DNA of 54,366 nucleotides, filler included, from Perkinsus olseni (Eukaryota): NCBI GenBank assembly GCA_013115125.1. It is 2 parts of 2 records of this genome, joined end to end, with 100 filler letters (N's around TTAATTAATTAA, not from the genome) between each part and the next. Parts side by side here need not be neighbours in the genome. Positions count along the whole stretch, not along the records: positions 27,243 to 54,366 come from JABANN010000472.1; 1 more part is not named here. One strand, 5' to 3'. Shown piece by piece: positions 48,534 to 54,366 of this stretch (position 1 is its first letter; each line of letters starts with the position of its first letter). The notes under the pieces were generated by a model. It saw only the letters and a program-made list of their open reading frames with translations, ran no database searches and was not told where the DNA came from. The position numbers and the translations under genes were made by a program.

Positions 48534-51288
48534 ATGGCCCCTGGCAATAGGAAGTCCAACCCCAAGAGAAATAAGGGCGCTGCTGGACGTAAGGCGACTG
48601 GGCCTTCACAGAGCAGCAGCAGTAGTGCGGCTAAAACGACTAAGTCGACTGAGGAAGACAAGGATGAGAGGTACTGAAGGCTCCTCACTCGAAGTGGGAT
48701 GAAGGAAACATACTCTCGGAAGGTTCGTGATGGACTCCGCACGCTTCAATAAAGTGCCTTTGGCCGTACGGAAAGTTCAGTTGGACGATCGATTCTCTAA
48801 AGTACTGACTGACAAGAAGGTAGTGGCAGCCTTGGTGACTTCCGGCATGCGTAAAGTCCGTCGGCGGTGTAGTTCTCCTCTGGAGGGGACATGAAGCGTT
48901 TCTATGCTGCTAATAAGAAGGACATGGACGATGATGAGGATGACGAGGAGGAGAGACGACGCGGTGTCACTGGCAGCGGATTTGTGTGGAACGAAGTGTC
49001 CAGTGATAGTGAAGAATCCAGTACTATACCTTACGGGGGTTGGAGGCGCTTCCTCGCCCAGGGTTCTAGGAGTTCACCACCACTTCGCGCTTCGCTGGAT
49101 TTAGTGGAACATCCCTGTACTATCAGGTTCTGACGAGGAAGACGCGAGCGAGGTTGAGTGGGATAAATATAAGTATGGCAGGGAAAGAGGTGCTCGATTT
49201 GGTGACGTTTCCCCTACCTCAGTGAAGAGGCGGAGAGGGCGAACGTCTGGTCGTACGGGGACGAAGATCAAACCAAAGAGATGCAGGGGGATGCTACCAG
49301 TCGATTGGCTGTAGGCCCGCAGGCCTGCCCAGCCGCCAAAGACGTCTTGCTCAGGTGATGGGCCTCAATTGGGATGAAGTCGAGGCTCAGGATATCTTCG
49401 TTATGTTCCAAACATTCTTGGATTCGACACAGAAGAATGTTGCCGGCGGAGCGTCGCGGAAAGTTGAGCGTGTGAGGGTAGTACTGGGATGGGAGGAATG
49501 GGAAACAGCTTCGATTTTTACGCGAGCAGGGATGATGAATCGCGCTTCTAGATATTCCCGTCTGACTATGGCCTTAAGCGGCTGGAGGTCGAGAAGGTTC
49601 GGGGCCCTGTACTGGACTCTGATATTGAGGAGGTAGTAGTGGTGGTGAGGGCGTTGGGCTAGGGTGGCATCGTGCGTGGTCAGCTTGATGCGGGGGAATC
49701 TAGCGCCAGTGATACCGACGAGGAACCGGACATGGAGGAAGAGAGGCTCAAGAAGGAGAAGGAGATTGCGGATCCAAAGGCTCACTTGGCACAGCTGGCT
49801 TTGCGGAAGTAGTTCGAACGGGATGCCCGGCCAGCCGCAGCGGAGACGCCGATTAGGTATCAGCGTCAACGGACGAAGTACTACTACGCTGTCGCTGAAT
49901 TTGACAGCGCTGACACCGGCAACGTCGTGTATAACGGTAGGCTGGGTAGGCCTCTCCAGAATAGCAAGGCAGGGTTGATGGTGTGTAGAACTGGACGGCA
50001 TCGGAGCATCCTTCTGTTCGTTGATGATGGACCTAAGATTCGTGCCTGATGATCTGGAGGAGTTCCCCCACCCGCCCACTAGTACCTGTACTGAGATGCC
50101 TAAGAAGTATCAGAAGGGCAGCAGTAGGTCTGGGTCACCGGCAGCACCATCGTAGGCCATTTCCTGTCAGCCGACAATCAGCAAGCACAGTCCCACACTA
50201 ACGCTAAGTGCGCATGGGATGAGCCGGCACCAGAGCGACGTTTCCTGTCGAAGAAGCTCACCCCCGAGGACATCGCTGAGATCGATCTCGATGCGTAGGT
50301 GGATGGGGTCGGCCCTTGTCGCCATCATCATCGCCAGGATACCAGGACAGGTATCTCGCATCCTCTGATGAGGAGTCGGACATCGATGAGGATAACGTAG
50401 AGGACTATAGGAAGCAGCTGTTGGGTGGCGAGCTGAGCGAGGACGATGAGACTGCTCCTGGCACTACTGAAGAGAAGAAGGAGGAGCCCGCTGCTGGTCA
50501 GGATGGGCGGTGATGGCGTCTGGGGAAATTTCGTGCTCAATGGGCAGGTGAGATGACGTTCAAGGTGAACACCACGACTCGGGCATTGGCGGAAGAGGTG
50601 GAGGCCCGGGCGTCGGCGTTGAAGGAGAGCGGCCATCTTGGTCATGCGGGCCTGGCTGCTGCCGAGAAGAAGAGCCCTTGGGAGCAGTACTTGGAGAAGA
50701 GAAGACAGAAGGACAAGGCGAAGAGGGAGAAGAGGCTGGAAGCTAGGGTAGTGGGGGGGAGAGAGACCCAGATCCCGCTTGATGATGATATCGTAGATGA
50801 CGGCTGAGGAAGAGGAGGCAAAGGCATCCAAGGTTGAAGCTGGGCATCGGAAGGAAGAGCTGGAGATCATCACCGGCCACAAGGAGTCCGAGGAAGGTCC
50901 TGATGCCAAGGCCAAGGACATGGAGGTAACCTCATTTTCGTGGTGATAGTATCTTGTTGGTATCTTTTGGGCGCAGGTTAACGTGAATGATCCTCGGTTC
51001 TCGAAGATGTTCGAAGATACCGCCTTTGCGATCGATCCCACGAACCCTGAGTTCAAGAAGACCAAGGCCATGACGCAGCTCATGGATGCCCGTATCCAGC
51101 GGAAGAAGCAGCTGAAGCGGTCCAGCAACAAGGCACGGGCAGCACCAACGACCACGATATCAAAATCTAAGGTCAGCAACTTGGAGAAGCGGTTGGGCCC
51201 GGCTGTGGCGGAAGATGGGGTTGACTTGAAGAGTGACGGGATGAAGCTGCTAGGAAGGTCTAAGAAGCGGCATCGTTCTTCTAAGTAG
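48534..51288 (+). CDS. ESF1: Pre-rRNA processing protein ESF1 homolog, multi-exon
   Basis: Motifs KVQLDDRFSKVL, ATSRLAVMGLNWDEV..DIFVMF, IFPSDYG..RGP, RYQRQRTKYYYAVAEFDS, MDLRFVPDD, KCAWDE, YLASSDEESD, and NUC153 DPRFSKMFEDTAFAIDPTNPEFKKTKAM. Confidence 0.92.
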
Positions 51289-51485
51289 AGTTGGCCTCTT
51301 TCTTCTACCATCACTACCAACGACGTAAACTGTTCATAAACGTTACAACTACTGTTTCTAATGAATGAAATCCTCCTTCGGCTGTTGTCAATGAAGGGTC
51401 CACAGTCTACTGCCTTGGTCGTCTTAGCAGCAGGTTGCGTTGGTTGCTGTGATGGTTCAGTTTGAATTGTCGTTGTATCGTTTGT

Positions 51486-53392
51486 ATGCCCTACAGCCCG
51501 CACTACGGGCCTTCTGGGGTAGCGGGAGGGAGTAGCGCATCGCCATCATCGTACCACTCATCGCCATCATCATCACCTACCTTCATACGATCACAACACC
51601 CTCAGCCACCCTATCGAGGTAGTCATCGTTAACTCCCATCGAACCACACCGATCGCAATCAGAGTCAACTCCCCAGCGAAGGCTATTGCACGACTCACGA
51701 GATGAAGGAAATTACGGGGTAGCGACCCGGAGCGACCTAAGATACGCTAGTCTCGGTGCTGATGATTAGTTACCTGACCCTACCCGAACCCCTGCCTACC
51801 ACAATACAGCAGCACAGCAGCACTCAGCGACGCCACAGAAGAAGACAAGTGGCCCTAATAACAACATAATAGTATTCGATTGGGATGATACCATTCTACC
51901 AACAACATGGTTGGAGAGGCAACGACTGCTGCAAATCGGCAGTATAAGGATCAAACCATGTATGACGCAGCCAGCGTAGGCTCCCGCAGTACCATACTTG
52001 CACCAGGTCACGCGAGGGCCCTCACAGCACTTAGCGACAGCGTGCTCTCTACGATCGAAATCGCCGCTAACTACGGCAAGGTAACGCCGGTCTCCTCAAG
52101 GGGCCTCGATGACTGCCTCTTCAGTTGATGATAATAACCAACGCAGCACCAGGATGGGTAGAGGCTTCCTGCCAGCAGTTCATGCCCGCCTTGCTGCCCT
52201 TCATTAAGAGCGTTCCTCTGTACGCAAGACCCTTCAATGCTCTCATGACCACATGGAAGCTTGACGCATTCGCTCGGTCAGTACCGCCGTTCTGAGAGCC
52301 CACCTGATTTGGTATCCTTAGGGAGTGTGGAGGAGGTGAAGTGGAAGGAGTGGTATCACTGGGTGATGGTCCCATAGAACGACAAGCCTGCCTGAGACTC
52401 ATGGCCGAGGACAAGCGCGTGAAAAGTGTGAAGTTCAAGGAAGTACGGCAACAACCGGTTTGGTCATCACCGGGATGATCTAATTTTCCTTCCAGTCACC
52501 ATCCATCTCCCAGCTCGTCAGCGAGCACGAGCTGCTGCATTTAAGGTTGAAGGATTTACTGAAGCACGATTCAGATTTAGACCTCCGTTTACTTTGCAAC
52601 AACACCAACCCACAGGTAGTGCCGCTGCTGATGCTACCTTTGCTACTGCTCAGCTCAGGCGGGCAATGGCGGCCGGCCTCCGTGCAGTATAGTGCACATC
52701 AGCAAGTTGGACAAGACGGCGACAACAGCGTCATCGTCGCCTCCTGTGACGTTACCAAGGATACCTCAGGCCGCCAGTAACAACTACACTCCACTACGAT
52801 CATCTATGGACAAGTAAGGTGAAGCTGGCGGTTGATTGGGGCAGAGTTCCCGCAGGGACTATTACGGCTACAACCGGCGAGCTGGGGGCAGCATCAACGA
52901 CTACTACCAAGGGACCCGACGACAGAGCGACTCCGCGTACCATCAATCACGCACAAGAAGACTTCCACCTCCCACAAGTGCTTAGGGGACCCACCTTAAC
53001 GGTCACTGCTGAACATGTTGTTGTCAGGTATGGACGGTAACGCTCCGGGCTATGGCTCTCCTTCTAGAGCCTACCCACCATACGGCAGCACACGTGAGCA
53101 TTCATCTGTGGTCATGGTAGACCAGCGTGAGGAGGTAGATACTCCGCCACTTCGACGACGATTTAGCAGTCATGATGCACGAGATGACTACGAAGACTAT
53201 GATCATGCTGGTTATCATCATGGAACCCACGGGTGAGTCTGGGGATTGGCCTCCTGCCCGCGAGTGCTACTTTTCAGCCCTCGAGGAGAGGCAGCAACTG
53301 CAAAGCGAGGGAGCAGCAGTCGGGGATATCAGCGATCGACTAGATCGAGCATCAACATCGTCTCTTATCCTAATCAGCTACGCACTAGATGA
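51486..53392 (+). CDS. HAD-superfamily-like protein (FDWDDT family) with low-complexity ends, multi-exon
   Basis: Motifs IIVFDWDDTILPTTWL, IITNAAPGWVEASC, WKLDAF, VSLGDGPIER, KSVKF..PSISQL. Start and end were inferred from splice phase. Confidence 0.75.
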
Positions 53393-53716
53393 GAACACAT
53401 CATCATTGTACTATTAACAAGCATGCTCGTAGTCACCATCATCACAATAGCCGCCGCCCCTTTGGGATACATGTTCTGACGCTTACATGCTGCTCCTACA
53501 GCCACTCTGTTGTCTGTAAAAATGACCATGGTTCTCGAGTTTTACGAGTTGTAATGACGGGGATAATCCATACCGTAATTCTCCCTCATCCCCAGACGCG
53601 AATTGGATGAATACAACACAACGACACAATCCTTTCGTTCAACCAAGAGTGATTAACCTTCCGGACCCATCCAGCAGTAGTAGAAGCTTCTTGTCAATGA
53701 TGGTTGATGACGAAAC

Positions 53717-54192
53717 TTATCGAAGCCTGCGGGCCTCACGCTCAGTTTCGAGCAAAGCAAGGATATCACCCTGACGGACGGGGCCCTTAACGTTACGGAC
53801 AAGGGAACGGCCGGCGAGCTCGGGAGCAGTCTCGACCATGAACTGAACGCGCACCTACAACAAACAAGCATCACACGACGACGAGAATCCGAGCCACAGC
53901 GGGCCAGCGAGAAGGCGATGAGGTGGTAATACTATATGGTCAGTCAAGAAGACTAATAAGTGGTATGTTCTCCGCAGTACCGGAGCTCAGATAGGGGCGA
54001 AATATTCATCATCATTCGTAATAGTATCATCAACCCTCGATGCTCAAACGAAGCATATTTAAACGAGTCCCGTAGCAACAAAGCACGGGGAAACGAAGAG
54101 ATAACGAGTACTACCTGAGTGACGCCACCACGAGAGCCGGTACGTCCGATGACCTTCTCGACCTTAGCAAGCTTGGGTTGGTTGGAATCCAT
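53717..54192 (-). CDS. RPS28: 40S ribosomal protein S28 (eS28); exons 54192-54115 and 53854-53717
   Basis: [62 protein letters not shown], 71 aa. Confidence 0.97.
53983..54045 (-). ncRNA. Intronic box C/D snoRNA, SNORD80/snR60-like, guiding LSU rRNA 2'-O-methylation
   Basis: Minus strand reads gagc..tTGATGA (box C)..atgatgatga..TTTCGCCCCTAT-CTGA (box D)-gctc. It has a terminal stem and a 12-nt guide complementary to the conserved LSU sequence AUAGGGGCGAAA. Confidence 0.8.
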
Positions 54193-54366
54193 GGCGGATA
54201 GGCTAGGAAGCACTCTTGAAGAAGAGAACGATCGATAGGAATACAGCGACTCCAGATGTAAATCGCGCACGCCATTCTGATCGATTTTAGCTATTGTGAG
54301 AACTGAGTCATCGCGCTTGCTCTCTTGCTCTCTTGCAGTGATCTCACTGTTCTCAGTATCACTCAA

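Noticed and set aside
50328-51503. 391-aa minus-strand ORF
   Set aside because: Antisense shadow of ESF1 exons with no recognisable motifs.

Overview
Intron-rich, gene-dense eukaryotic DNA with short GT-AG introns of about 45-70 nt. It is most consistent with an alveolate protist such as Perkinsus; this is an inference from gene content and intron style. Gene models were spliced by eye, so internal exon borders are approximate. In order along the window: an (AAC)n microsatellite; a myosin F-like gene (motor, IQ, coiled coil, embedded Rab-like domain, WD40 tail); a degenerate P-loop GTPase-like gene; a frame-split secreted-protein gene behind an AT-rich hairpin; a nearly intronless asparagine-synthetase/PLOD-type glycosyltransferase fusion; an LRRC34-like gene; a 100-bp artificial gap linker; an ankyrin-repeat gene; a hypothetical gene; a very large TSP1/Cys-module transmembrane adhesin-like gene; a gene encoding eight tandem group-I truncated (2/2) haemoglobin domains in an alternating (A-B)x4 pattern; ESF1; a DWDDT HAD-like gene; and RPS28, whose intron hosts a SNORD80/snR60-like C/D snoRNA. 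The most striking candidates for undescribed biology are the octa-globin, the AsnB-glycosyltransferase fusion and the Rab-like domain inside the myosin tail.
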